Below are positions 46,275-55,400 of a stretch of 64,000 nucleotides of DNA, piece by piece. The notes beneath the pieces are model-generated. The model ran no database searches, was not told the DNA's origin, and was given only the letters and a program-made list of their open reading frames with translations. Numbering within the stretch: the first letter of the stretch is position 1; every line of letters starts with the position of its first letter. Origin of the DNA: an uncultured delta proteobacterium (lineage in GTDB: Bacteria; Bdellovibrionota_C; UBA2361; OMII01). The DNA is taken from assembly GCA_903904735.1 (NCBI GenBank), contig CAIVDM010000143.1, positions 15,272-79,271 of the forward strand. The letters are read 5' to 3'. The position numbers and the translations under genes are program-made.

Positions 46275-48299
46275 CCTTCGCAACACTAGCCCGATCCGAC
46301 TCGGGATGTAGAGCTTGAGCTCGCCGTTCTCAGAAGAGTCCAGACATACAGAGCGATCAACCCGATTGAAACCACCGAACTCTTGCCAGTCGGTGTCCAA
46401 GACGATCTTGTATCTCCCTTTCGGAATCCACACCGAACGATCCTGATACGAATTGTTCGGGTGAAAATTGAACACAAAAAGAAGCCCCGCTCGCTCGAAT
46501 ACTAACACTTGGTCATCGACGTGCTCGTAATGCTTGTGTGGCCATTCGTGCTCAAGCACCTTAAATGCCTCAGCCATCAGCATCATCGATCGGTCGAAGT
46601 CAGCGAGATAGTGATATTTAAGGCTTGGGTCGTCACGAAGGCTCCACTGACGTCTCGCGTAATGATACGACCAGTTGTTTCCTTCTCGGGGAAAATCAAC
46701 CCACTCTGGGTGACCGAACTCGTTACCCATAAAGGTCAGGTAGCCGTTCCCCGCGGTGCCCAACGTCATGAGTCTGATAATCTTGTGTAAGGCGATGGCT
46801 CGATCGACGACGAGGTTCGGGTCATCAACACGCATGTGCCAATACATGTCTTGGTCTGCGAGCCAGAACATGATCGATTTATCACCAACGAGCGCCTGAT
46901 CGTGAGACTCACAGTATCCGATAGTCTTCTCCTCGGCGCGTCTGGCGGCGAGCTCTCGCCACATCTCCGCGATGTTCCAGTCCTCATCCCGAACGTGCTT
47001 CAGGAGCTTTATCCAGTAGTCAGGCACGCCCATAGCGAGTCGGTAGTCGAAACCGCAGCCGCCTTGCAGCGACTGAGGAGCGGCGAGCCCAGGCATTCCA
47101 CTCACCTCCTCAGCGACCGTGATAGCGTCCGAACGAACATCGTGAATAAGTCTATTCGCTAACGAGAGGTACGCCACCGCGTCCTCGTCGATATTGTCGC
47201 AGAAATAGTGGTCGTACGATCCAACACTCTTACCGAGACCGTGGTCTCGGTAAATCATGCTTGTGACACCATCAAACCTAAATCCATCAAACTTGAATGC
47301 GTCGAGCCAGTACCTGCAGTTCGAGAGTAAGAAGTGCAACGTCTCAATCTTGCCGTAATCGAAGAGTCGAGTGTTCCACGCGGGGTGCTCGCCTCGAGCG
47401 CCTTCGTGAAAGTACAGCGTATACGAACCATCGATCCGGCTAATCCCCTCATTCTCGTTCTTGACGGCGTGCGAGTGCACGAGGTCCATAATGACCGCGA
47501 TACCCATCCCATGCGCGGCGTCGACGAGTGCTTTCAAATCCTCTGGGGTTCCGAACCGCGACGATGGCGCGAAGAAGTTGGAAACCTGATAACCAAACGA
47601 GCCGTAGTATGGATGTTCCTGCACCGCCATTAGTTGGATTGTATTATATCCAGCGAGCGCGATGCGCGGCAAAACGATCTCGGTAAACTCCTTATAGGTC
47701 CCTACGCGCCCTTCCTCCTGCGCCATACCGACGTGAGCCTCATAAATTCGGGGAGCTCGTTTTGGCACGCGAAACTGCGGCATCTTCCACTGATACGGTG
47801 TCGAGGGCTCCCACACTTGGGCGCTGAAAATATGTGTCGTTGGGTCTTGGATTACTCGGCGGCAAAAAGCGGGGATTCTCTCGCCAGTGTGCTCCACTCC
47901 GTGTTCATGCCACGACACGAGCAACTTGTAGTGTTGCCCATGCTCAAGAGCCGTTAGCGGAAGAACGAGCTCCCACACTCCGTGCTCAAGGCGCGTAAAA
48001 GCGGCGGCGCGCGATACGTCCCATCCGCACATATCGCCGATCAACGTTACCTTGGACGCGTTTGGGGCGCGCTCACGAAGGACCCAACTATCAGAGAGTC
48101 GGTGAAGCCCGAAATACTCATGACCGACAGCGAAGTCAGCGAGGCGCTGCGATGCTCCAAGCAAACGCCGCATCTGACTCTCCGCACACCAGGAACGATG
48201 ACGCAAAGAACCCTCGTACGGCGTAAGCCACGGATCTATGGACGCTATGGATGGAGATATCTCGCTGCTACTGGATTGCACGTGCGTATCGTACGTCAT
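46269..48299 (-). CDS. glgB: 1,4-alpha-glucan branching enzyme, eukaryote-like (GH13 subfamily 8-type)
   Basis: GH13 catalytic blocks VIMDLVHSH, FDGFRFDGVTSM, VAEEVSGMP, YCESHDQALVGDK. Start uncertain: ATG at 48299 or TTG at 48332. Confidence 0.9.
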   Translation of the reverse strand: MTYDTHVQSSSSEISPSIASIDPWLTPYEGSLRHRSWCAESQMRRLLGASQRLADFAVGHEYFGLHRLSDSWVLRERAPNASKVTLIGDMCGWDVSRAAAFTRLEHGVWELVLPLTALEHGQHYKLLVSWHEHGVEHTGERIPAFCRRVIQDPTTHIFSAQVWEPSTPYQWKMPQFRVPKRAPRIYEAHVGMAQEEGRVGTYKEFTEIVLPRIALAGYNTIQLMAVQEHPYYGSFGYQVSNFFAPSSRFGTPEDLKALVDAAHGMGIAVIMDLVHSHAVKNENEGISRIDGSYTLYFHEGARGEHPAWNTRLFDYGKIETLHFLLSNCRYWLDAFKFDGFRFDGVTSMIYRDHGLGKSVGSYDHYFCDNIDEDAVAYLSLANRLIHDVRSDAITVAEEVSGMPGLAAPQSLQGGCGFDYRLAMGVPDYWIKLLKHVRDEDWNIAEMWRELAARRAEEKTIGYCESHDQALVGDKSIMFWLADQDMYWHMRVDDPNLVVDRAIALHKIIRLMTLGTAGNGYLTFMGNEFGHPEWVDFPREGNNWSYHYARRQWSLRDDPSLKYHYLADFDRSMMLMAEAFKVLEHEWPHKHYEHVDDQVLVFERAGLLFVFNFHPNNSYQDRSVWIPKGRYKIVLDTDWQEFGGFNRVDRSVCLDSSENGELKLYIPSRIGLVLRRL

Positions 48300-48398
48300 C
48301 TGTCCGAAGCTGCCTAGCCCGAACGTCTTCAAGGCGGGCTGACACTGAATCCAACGGCAAAGGATTACTTTCAGAGTAGAACGTGGTAATTTTACCCC

Positions 48399-48674
48399 AT
48401 GACAACAACAGCAAACGACCCATCCATCTGTCGAGTTCTCGCGATATTCGACGGAGAGACAGAGGAGTTGCTCGACGTTATCGAGCTAGTCAACTTCGAT
48501 CTCCAGGCTTTTACCACTCAGTTCGACGTGCCAATCGAGACAGACCCACATATGCTTGATAGGTACGCCGTCGGTCCAATTGACGTAGATTTTCTGCGAC
48601 AGTACTTGCCAGCTGAGCTCGACTTTGAGTTTTCTACTCACGCGTATTTTCTGGACGCCGCCAAGCGGGAGTAA
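48399..48674 (+). CDS. Hypothetical protein (91 aa)
   Basis: ORF only, acidic, no visible RBS. Confidence 0.4.
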   Translation: MTTTANDPSICRVLAIFDGETEELLDVIELVNFDLQAFTTQFDVPIETDPHMLDRYAVGPIDVDFLRQYLPAELDFEFSTHAYFLDAAKRE

Positions 48675-48727
48675 CGACACTTGCTCTTTCAGACAACTCC
48701 TAGCTCGAGAGACGCCCAGCGGCCAGT

Positions 48728-49006
48728 TTAGTGCGAGCGCAAGGTATCATCGATCGCGAAGCTCACGCGACAAAGCACTCGAAACGCGGTAATTGTGTCA
48801 TCCTGCACTACGGTCGAGAAATCAACTACCTGAACCTCTCCGATATTCCTAATCGTACGAACCGCTTCACCTACGCAGAGCTGAACAGCATGCTCCCAGC
48901 TCTTGGGGGATTCGGCTCGTAACTCTATGAGCTTCGTGACACCTGTCGGAGTCGCTGACTTTGCCGTGCCTTTCTTCTCGCCTTTATACCCTTCAGCCTC
49001 TGCCAT
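48728..49006 (-). CDS. Dodecin-family flavin-binding protein
   Basis: VTKLIELRAESPKSWEHAVQLCVGEAVRTIRNI...AFRVLCRVSF matches the dodecin pattern, from memory. Confidence 0.7.
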   Translation of the reverse strand: MAEAEGYKGEKKGTAKSATPTGVTKLIELRAESPKSWEHAVQLCVGEAVRTIRNIGEVQVVDFSTVVQDDTITAFRVLCRVSFAIDDTLRSH

Positions 49007-49073
49007 AGTTTTCTCCTCATTACAGAATGTATCTCGTGTTTCGAGAATCGGATGGTGCGATATCCGCTAATGA

Positions 49074-49114
49074 CATCCCATGGTGAGCGTTAGGTTGAGC
49101 GTTGTCATGGGATG
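49074..49114. promoter_or_regulatory. Inverted repeat enclosing a direct repeat in a divergent intergenic region
   Basis: CATCCCATG (49074-49082) pairs with CATGGGATG (49106-49114). The 23-nt loop holds two TGAGCGTT copies (49084-49091 and 49096-49103) spaced 12 nt apart. Confidence 0.3.
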
Positions 49115-49169
49115 ATGGCGACACAGACAGTATAAGAAGCGCTCACGCTCTAGCACCTACGGAGGATTT

Positions 49170-49661
49170 ATGGCGCCCGATCGACAGATACAAAGAACCC
49201 ACTTTACCGCGCCCCGACGCGGAGTGTTTCTGTATGTACTCTCAGGGGTCGTTCTTGGAGCGACAGCCGCGTACTTCCTTGACCCACGACAGTCGGCCCG
49301 TCGCAGAGCGGTAGTTCGGGACAAGGCCCTAAGCGCTGTTAAGCGGTCCCTTGTCCAAAGCGGCAAAGTACTGCGTCACGCCCGAAATAGGTTCGGGGGC
49401 GCTATCTATTCAGTGGCGAACCTTGTCAGTTCAGCTGGGTCGGTAAGCGATCGGCGTCTGGAGAGTCGGTTGCGATCGATCCTCGGACGGACTGTCGAGC
49501 ACCCACATCAAATCGACCTCGTAGTTCATGAAGGCCGCGTGAGTCTTAGGGGGAGTCTTAAGCCGCATGAAGCCGGTCTCGTGATGCAGGCGATCGAGCG
49601 AATCCCGGGCGTGCGCGCAGTCGATAATCAGATCATCGACTCATCCATCGCTACTCACTAG
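49170..49661 (+). CDS. BON domain-containing membrane protein
   Basis: GGAGG lies 5 nt upstream of the ATG. There is one TM segment. The C-terminal BON-like block is VVHEGRVSLRGSLKPHEAGLVMQAIERIPGVRAVDNQI. Confidence 0.75.
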   Translation: MAPDRQIQRTHFTAPRRGVFLYVLSGVVLGATAAYFLDPRQSARRRAVVRDKALSAVKRSLVQSGKVLRHARNRFGGAIYSVANLVSSAGSVSDRRLESRLRSILGRTVEHPHQIDLVVHEGRVSLRGSLKPHEAGLVMQAIERIPGVRAVDNQIIDSSIATH

Positions 49662-49755
49662 CTTTACCGGAACGCCTACCTATAGAGAGTTCGTGCGAGA
49701 AGCCACCTGCCGATATGTCGCATCTAAGAGATGAGCGGGTAGCGAGGATTCTGAT

Positions 49756-50106
49756 ATGGCATTAGCTAAGTACTTAATTTCCCTTACTAAAGATGAGGAG
49801 TCGGTGGCAGGACTCCTGACGCGTGACGCCTGGGCCTTTTTTAACAACTCAGTATCCCCGCGCGAACTCTCTCTGGTTAAGGAGATACCCCTTATCCCAA
49901 GACGTGGCACGTTCTCAATAACGCCCGATGAGGAACTGATTCAGTACTACCTGGATTATGCGCATGTATATGACGACGAGCTTCGCCTCTTAGGTTGGGA
50001 GCCCCTGCGCATAGCTCAAGCCAGTGCTGGCTTTGTTCGCAAGTTAGAGGACATATCCGGACAACTTCGCGGAGTCTCGCATCGAAGCAAGCGAATGGCC
50101 GGATGA
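49756..50106 (+). CDS. Hypothetical protein (116 aa)
   Basis: ORF with GAGG about 9 nt upstream. No motif. Confidence 0.4.
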   Translation: MALAKYLISLTKDEESVAGLLTRDAWAFFNNSVSPRELSLVKEIPLIPRRGTFSITPDEELIQYYLDYAHVYDDELRLLGWEPLRIAQASAGFVRKLEDISGQLRGVSHRSKRMAG

Positions 50107-50127
50107 CCTCACGCCATCGTTACGCGC

Positions 50128-51546
50128 CTAACGTCGCACAATCGGAGTAGCCGCATCTACCCACGCTGTCGTGCGACAGAGCAGCTCACGCGCTACCTCA
50201 AGCTGACGATTAACCGATTCGCCCCCGGTGCCACCGTATGAAGTTCTCCGTTCCACGACTGTCTCAAGGGCGAGAGCCTGAAAGACATCCTCCTCGAACA
50301 AACTAGAGAAGCTCTTGAACTCAATTAAAGACAGGTCGAGCAAAGCTTTCTCATTCGCGATGCAATGCTTCACGAGTCGACCCACCACTTCATGCGCCTC
50401 ACGAAATGGCATTCCTCGCTTCGCTAGGTAGTCGGCCGCGTCGGTAGCATTCGTGAATCCACCAGCGGCGCTTGTTCGCATCGCGCTCTCCTTAACCTTC
50501 CACGTTCTCACCATAGCGGCGACGACTGTCAGAGACCCAAGCAAGGTGTCGACAGTGTCGAAGCACCCTTCCTTATCTTCCTGCATATCCTTGTTGTATG
50601 TGAGTGGTAGACCCTTCATGGTGGTCAGTAGCGAGACGAGCGCGCCATACACACGGCCCGTCTTGCCGCGCACCAACTCCGCGAAGTCGGCGTTTTTCTT
50701 TTGCGGCATCATGCTGCTTCCCGTAGAAAGTGAGTCGTGAAGCTCGATGTAGCCAAACTCTCCCGTCGTCCAGATGACTATCTCCTCGCATAGACGAGAG
50801 AGATGCATCATGGCGATCGACGCGAGCGAGAGAAACTCCAGCACGAAATCGCGGTCGCTTACCGCGTCCATGCTGTTCTCGTACACAGCGGCGAAGCCCA
50901 GAAGATCGGCGCTGAGGTGGCGGTCTATCGGGAACGTAGTGCCCGCGAGCGCCCCGGCTCCAAGAGGAAGCACATTCGCCCGATCATACAAGTCGATAGC
51001 TCGATCGATATCACGCTGAAGCATCTGCGCGTACGCCAGCAGATGGTGAGAGAAAAGCACCGGCTGGGCCCTCTGCAGGTGCGTATACCCGGGCATAATC
51101 ACGCCAGCATGTTCGACAGCCTGCTCAACTAAACGACTCTGTAACTCCTGAAACGCCTCTACGACATCGACTATCGAGGAGCGAACGAAGAGATGAAAAC
51201 TCGTCGCAACCTGATCGTTTCGACTCCGGGCTGTGTGAAGCTTTCCCGCCACCGATCCGATCTCCTCGGTAAGGTAGCGCTCGATATTCATGTGAATATC
51301 CTCATCAGAGAGGCGAAACTCAAGCTCGCCCTTCTCAAGTTTTGCGCGGACCTTCCCCAAGCCATCAACGATAGCCTGGCTTTCCGCAGCGGAGATGATT
51401 CCGCACGTACCCAACATGGTGGCGTGCGCGACACTGCCCTGGATATCAAATGGCGCAAGCCGCTTGTCGAAGCTAATCGATGCTCCAAACTCCTCAGCGA
51501 AAGAATCCGCTGACGCTGAAAAACGTCCGCCCCAAAGTTTCTGCAT
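50128..51546 (-). CDS. argH: Argininosuccinate lyase
   Basis: MQKLWGGRF start with GGAG 6 nt upstream, SRNDQV, fumarate-lyase signature GSSMMPQKKN. Confidence 0.95.
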   Translation of the reverse strand: MQKLWGGRFSASADSFAEEFGASISFDKRLAPFDIQGSVAHATMLGTCGIISAAESQAIVDGLGKVRAKLEKGELEFRLSDEDIHMNIERYLTEEIGSVAGKLHTARSRNDQVATSFHLFVRSSIVDVVEAFQELQSRLVEQAVEHAGVIMPGYTHLQRAQPVLFSHHLLAYAQMLQRDIDRAIDLYDRANVLPLGAGALAGTTFPIDRHLSADLLGFAAVYENSMDAVSDRDFVLEFLSLASIAMMHLSRLCEEIVIWTTGEFGYIELHDSLSTGSSMMPQKKNADFAELVRGKTGRVYGALVSLLTTMKGLPLTYNKDMQEDKEGCFDTVDTLLGSLTVVAAMVRTWKVKESAMRTSAAGGFTNATDAADYLAKRGMPFREAHEVVGRLVKHCIANEKALLDLSLIEFKSFSSLFEEDVFQALALETVVERRTSYGGTGGESVNRQLEVARELLCRTTAWVDAATPIVRR

Positions 51547-51632
51547 ACGCGCTCCGTTGTCACTTACGTCCACGGTAAACCTACGGAGGCCGCCGCGTTT
51601 TTACAAGATCTGAGTACTGAATGTATACGTTT

Positions 51633-53381
51633 TTATAGCGTGTCCCAACGATATCCACCACTGGCGACCACTGAGTCAGCGAGCGCCAGGCCGCTTTCAT
51701 CCGCGTTTTTCGCAAGTCCGCGCAAGCTGTTTGAGACACGAACCCTCGAGAAATTGGAGAATACTTTTGCTATTCGAATCTCGTCTGCCGAGCCATTCTC
51801 GCCACGCTCGGCGACGATCGCCGAAACGCGAGAGAGAACGCACATCCCAACAAAAAGGTCGGTCGCGACATCCGCAAGCCTCTTGGTCACGAGCTGCTGC
51901 TCGATGATTCCCTTTCGATATCGCTTGAGGGCGACTTCTACGGCTTGCGCTAGCCTCACCGCGCCCTGCTCTAAGGCACTACTCTCGCTTTGCAGGCAGC
52001 TTGATATCCCAGTCGCCCGAGGTCTTCCGAGGCTCGTGTATTGACCGACTTTCTTGGAGGCGTAGTCACTCAGCACCCCAAAGCCCTTGATCGGATCGTT
52101 GAATATACCCTTAACGCTCCTCGCGACATCAGCTAGGTTCTCGCCTGGCTCCTTCACGCCCGAGAGCCCCACGAAGAGACGTAATATCTCGTTTGTTCCC
52201 TCAAAGATTCGATTGATGCGGCAATCGCGAACTACCCTTTCATATGGGTACTCGCGCATAAAGCCATTGCCTCCGGCTATCTGCAACGCCTCATCAGCTA
52301 CCGTCCAGAGAGCCTCGGACACGAACACTTTGCTCATCGCCGCCTCGGTCGAGAAGTCCTCGGAGCCTGAATCAATCAAATGACCCACTACGCTCACGAC
52401 GCTCTCGGACGCGAAGCACAGCGTGGTCATGAGCGCGATCTTGTCCTTTATAAGCTGAAACTCAGAGATGCTCTTTCCAAACTGCTTGCGTTGCGACGCT
52501 TGTTGAACCGAGAGCTCAATGATGCGCTTCATCGCCCCGACACACCCTCCACCGAGACCGGTCCTCCCGTTATTGAGAACAGCCATCGCGACCTTAAAGC
52601 CCTTTCCCTCTTCTCCGAGGACGCAATCCGCCGGCACCCGCACGTTGTCGAAGCGCACCGTGGTGGTGCACGACGCGCGGATACCCATCTTGTCCTCTTT
52701 GGGACCGGTGGAGACACCTTCCCAACCACGCTCGACGATAAAGCCGGTCATCTTTCCACCGGCGGTTTCAGTCTTGGCAAACACTGTGAAGAAACCCGCG
52801 GTCCCTCCGTTCGTTATCCAGATCTTCTCGCCATTGAGCGTCCAGGTACCGTCAGCGTTTTTAACGGCGTGCGTTCTGACTGACGCCGCGTCTGATCCAG
52901 CGCCAGCCTCCGTGAGACAAAACGCCGCTATCAACTCGCCGGTCGCCAGGCGCGGTAAATACCGCGCTTTTTGCTCGACAGTTCCGAAAAGAAGCAGCGC
53001 CTTTAATCCGATCGAGCTGTGCGCGCCGATCGTGAGCGACGTTGAGGCATCGTAGCGACTGGTCTGTTGCAGCACTCGTGAATAACCGGAGTTCGACAAT
53101 CCCAAACCCGAGAACTCTTCCGGAATGATAAGAGAGAAAAGTCCAAGCTCCTTTAATTGTTCAAGGTACTCTGTGGGCTGCTCTCCTTTGACGTCATACG
53201 CGCGGAAATCCTCCTCCTTGTCGGCCATGAAACGGTCAATCGACTCAATGACGAGTGAGAGGGTTTCACGTTCTGAATTAGAGACGCGGGGGAACGGAAC
53301 CATGCTCTCAAACCGAAGATCTCCTAGAAATAGCCCTTTGGCGGGGCTCGGTAATTGCGTGTCAGTAGTCTGTTTTGTCAT
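51633..53381 (-). CDS. Long-form acyl-CoA dehydrogenase (about 580 aa, with a C-terminal extension)
   Basis: CLTEAGAGSDA, WITNGG, QIAGGNGFMREYPYERVVRDCRINRIFEGTNEI. Confidence 0.9.
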   Translation of the reverse strand: MTKQTTDTQLPSPAKGLFLGDLRFESMVPFPRVSNSERETLSLVIESIDRFMADKEEDFRAYDVKGEQPTEYLEQLKELGLFSLIIPEEFSGLGLSNSGYSRVLQQTSRYDASTSLTIGAHSSIGLKALLLFGTVEQKARYLPRLATGELIAAFCLTEAGAGSDAASVRTHAVKNADGTWTLNGEKIWITNGGTAGFFTVFAKTETAGGKMTGFIVERGWEGVSTGPKEDKMGIRASCTTTVRFDNVRVPADCVLGEEGKGFKVAMAVLNNGRTGLGGGCVGAMKRIIELSVQQASQRKQFGKSISEFQLIKDKIALMTTLCFASESVVSVVGHLIDSGSEDFSTEAAMSKVFVSEALWTVADEALQIAGGNGFMREYPYERVVRDCRINRIFEGTNEILRLFVGLSGVKEPGENLADVARSVKGIFNDPIKGFGVLSDYASKKVGQYTSLGRPRATGISSCLQSESSALEQGAVRLAQAVEVALKRYRKGIIEQQLVTKRLADVATDLFVGMCVLSRVSAIVAERGENGSADEIRIAKVFSNFSRVRVSNSLRGLAKNADESGLALADSVVASGGYRWDTL

Positions 53382-53403
53382 AGCGTACCTTAAATAAAAA
53401 TTC

Positions 53404-54531
53404 CTACGATGCCGTGTCCATCAGAAATGAGGAAACTCTGTCAAACACCGCCGACCGATTAGCCGCGGCGCCATGCCCGCCTTTTGCCCACTCCACTCTA
53501 ACATCGGGCCAATGCTTCTGCAGGAGCGTAATTTGCGTTTTCGGCACGAGATGATCCCCCTCACCTCCAATCACGATGATCGAACTCGGCTTTGTCGCGG
53601 GCGTGCGTGTTAATGGCGAGTGATCGCGGAAGAGATCCTCAAGGAACTCGTCAGAGATAGGTCCTAGCCCACTACGCGAGAATAGATCTCGAGCCATGTC
53701 AGACATCGAGACAAGCGGCACCAGAAACGCGGCGCGGTCAAGCTGGTCCATCGACGCCCACAGTGCGCCGACATAGGCTCCAAGACTCATACCCACACAC
53801 GCAATGCGCGCGTGACCACTTCGCGAAAGATAGAGTCGAAGGCGTCGCAAGTCATACAAGGCGTGCGCCATAGCGACACACGTTCGCACTGGATCGGCGC
53901 TCGGAAAGAGCGGAAGATCCTCTGGCAGTCCACCGGGTCTCCGTCTGCCGTGAAAAGGAAGTTCAACCAGAGCTACGTTACAACCGAGAGAGAAGAACAG
54001 TCCTGGTAGAAACGCTAGCGAGTTTACCCTCTGGTCACCCATCGTCCATCCATGGATAGCGATGACCGTGAGCCGATTGGGGTCCTTCTTCTTGTGCTCC
54101 CAGAGTCGCACATAGGAGGTGGTGTTCTCCTCAATAGAGGAGTAGCCAGGATCGTGCGACCAGCCGCTCATGGGAAAGTGTGATGGGAATCGGAGGTCGA
54201 AGACGCCCCCCTCAGGAAACCCATGCACGTGTACGATATCTGGTGGGCGCAGGATCTCAGGCGCCACAAAAAGCTTTTCGATGTCACCTGACGAGCGAAG
54301 CAAGTTAAGGCGGATCTGACTCGCCTTGAGAGCTGATAGATCGAGACCGGGTGCGAAGGTGTCGAGCGATACTGACGATAGGCTTCGACCAAGCTTACTC
54401 AGAACTCGATCAAGCGCCGCGCCTCCAAGAAGCGTCAGTCGCTCAACATCGCTAAGGCGCGAGTCTTCACCGTCATTAAGCACGCAGAACTCAGACTCTG
54501 GGCTTGTCTCTGGGGGAGGCTTATTGGTCAC
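53404..54531 (-). CDS. Alpha/beta-fold hydrolase
   Basis: HGW oxyanion region, GMSLG nucleophile elbow, a late GDHLVP / GGHG. GAAGG RBS precedes a GTG start. Confidence 0.75.
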   Translation of the reverse strand: MTNKPPPETSPESEFCVLNDGEDSRLSDVERLTLLGGAALDRVLSKLGRSLSSVSLDTFAPGLDLSALKASQIRLNLLRSSGDIEKLFVAPEILRPPDIVHVHGFPEGGVFDLRFPSHFPMSGWSHDPGYSSIEENTTSYVRLWEHKKKDPNRLTVIAIHGWTMGDQRVNSLAFLPGLFFSLGCNVALVELPFHGRRRPGGLPEDLPLFPSADPVRTCVAMAHALYDLRRLRLYLSRSGHARIACVGMSLGAYVGALWASMDQLDRAAFLVPLVSMSDMARDLFSRSGLGPISDEFLEDLFRDHSPLTRTPATKPSSIIVIGGEGDHLVPKTQITLLQKHWPDVRVEWAKGGHGAAANRSAVFDRVSSFLMDTAS

Positions 54532-54872
54532 GACACCTTCTTAGATTTAACGCATTGAAGTTACAGATAGGATGAACAAACAGATAGAAACGATTTCTGT
54601 AGGTGTTCGAAATCGCTCGTGTTTTCTCCTTCAACTTGCGTCCTAAGCACTCACAGGTGCATAGCATTGTAACTTTGTGGAATAATTGGGCTCTCTAGAC
54701 CTTTGTGTCCAGAGACATTTTTATTCTTGGGTAGTAGCGAGCATCGCAGAACAACCACTGTTTGCGAGGGTCGACCATCCACACCTACTGTTACTTCGGA
54801 CTATAGGCGTGGATGGTGGAAAATTGGTTTTCCGCTACGGTTTTCTCGAACTCCACACAAGGAGGAAGTGCA

Positions 54873-55223
54873 ATGGTGAGAAAAGTTGGCGATATCTACG
54901 TGCCTGATTCGTTGGAATCAGAGACGGGAGAGATAGTCGAGGATTCGGGCTTTCAGCGAAGCTCCGAACCCGTTGACGAGAAGAGTCTTCTGGACACCTT
55001 TCGTCGGTGGGTCCTTTTTAAACCCAGAGGAAGTTTTGCTACGGTATTACGCCAGTGGATTGCCATACGGCTGGGGGATGACAACCCCATAAATCCTGGA
55101 GTGAGTGATCCGAATGAGCCACCCGCACGCAATCCAACGAAACGGTTTCGTGCCGCTCTTGAGGAGGTGTTTAATTCCGTTCGAGCTACTCAAACGAAGG
55201 AGCGCAAGCGCAAGAAAGGGTAA
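54873..55223 (+). CDS. Hypothetical protein (116 aa)
   Basis: AAGGAGG lies 6 nt upstream of the ATG at 54873; the track ORF starts at 54813. Basic C-terminus. Confidence 0.55.
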   Translation: MVRKVGDIYVPDSLESETGEIVEDSGFQRSSEPVDEKSLLDTFRRWVLFKPRGSFATVLRQWIAIRLGDDNPINPGVSDPNEPPARNPTKRFRAALEEVFNSVRATQTKERKRKKG

Positions 55224-55400
55224 TACGTTCCTTGATCTTTTCTAGACGGCGCCAGAGTGTAGAAATACACTCTCGCGTCCGTCGATTTTTTAATCTTCCA
55301 CCATCCTCTCAAAAACTCTCAAGACCTCAGTATTCAAGACTCATGGGCTGTGCTAGTAACACCGCACAGTTAGGGAATCCAACTAGTCGTGGAGGCAGTC

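Noticed and set aside
52087-53055. Plus-strand ORFs of 98-178 aa inside the long acyl-CoA dehydrogenase gene. Similar antisense ORFs occur inside acs, the KAS gene, tyrS, argH and the SNF2 gene.
   Set aside because: These are typical GC-rich antisense or alternate-frame open frames. Each is fully contained in a gene with strong family motifs.
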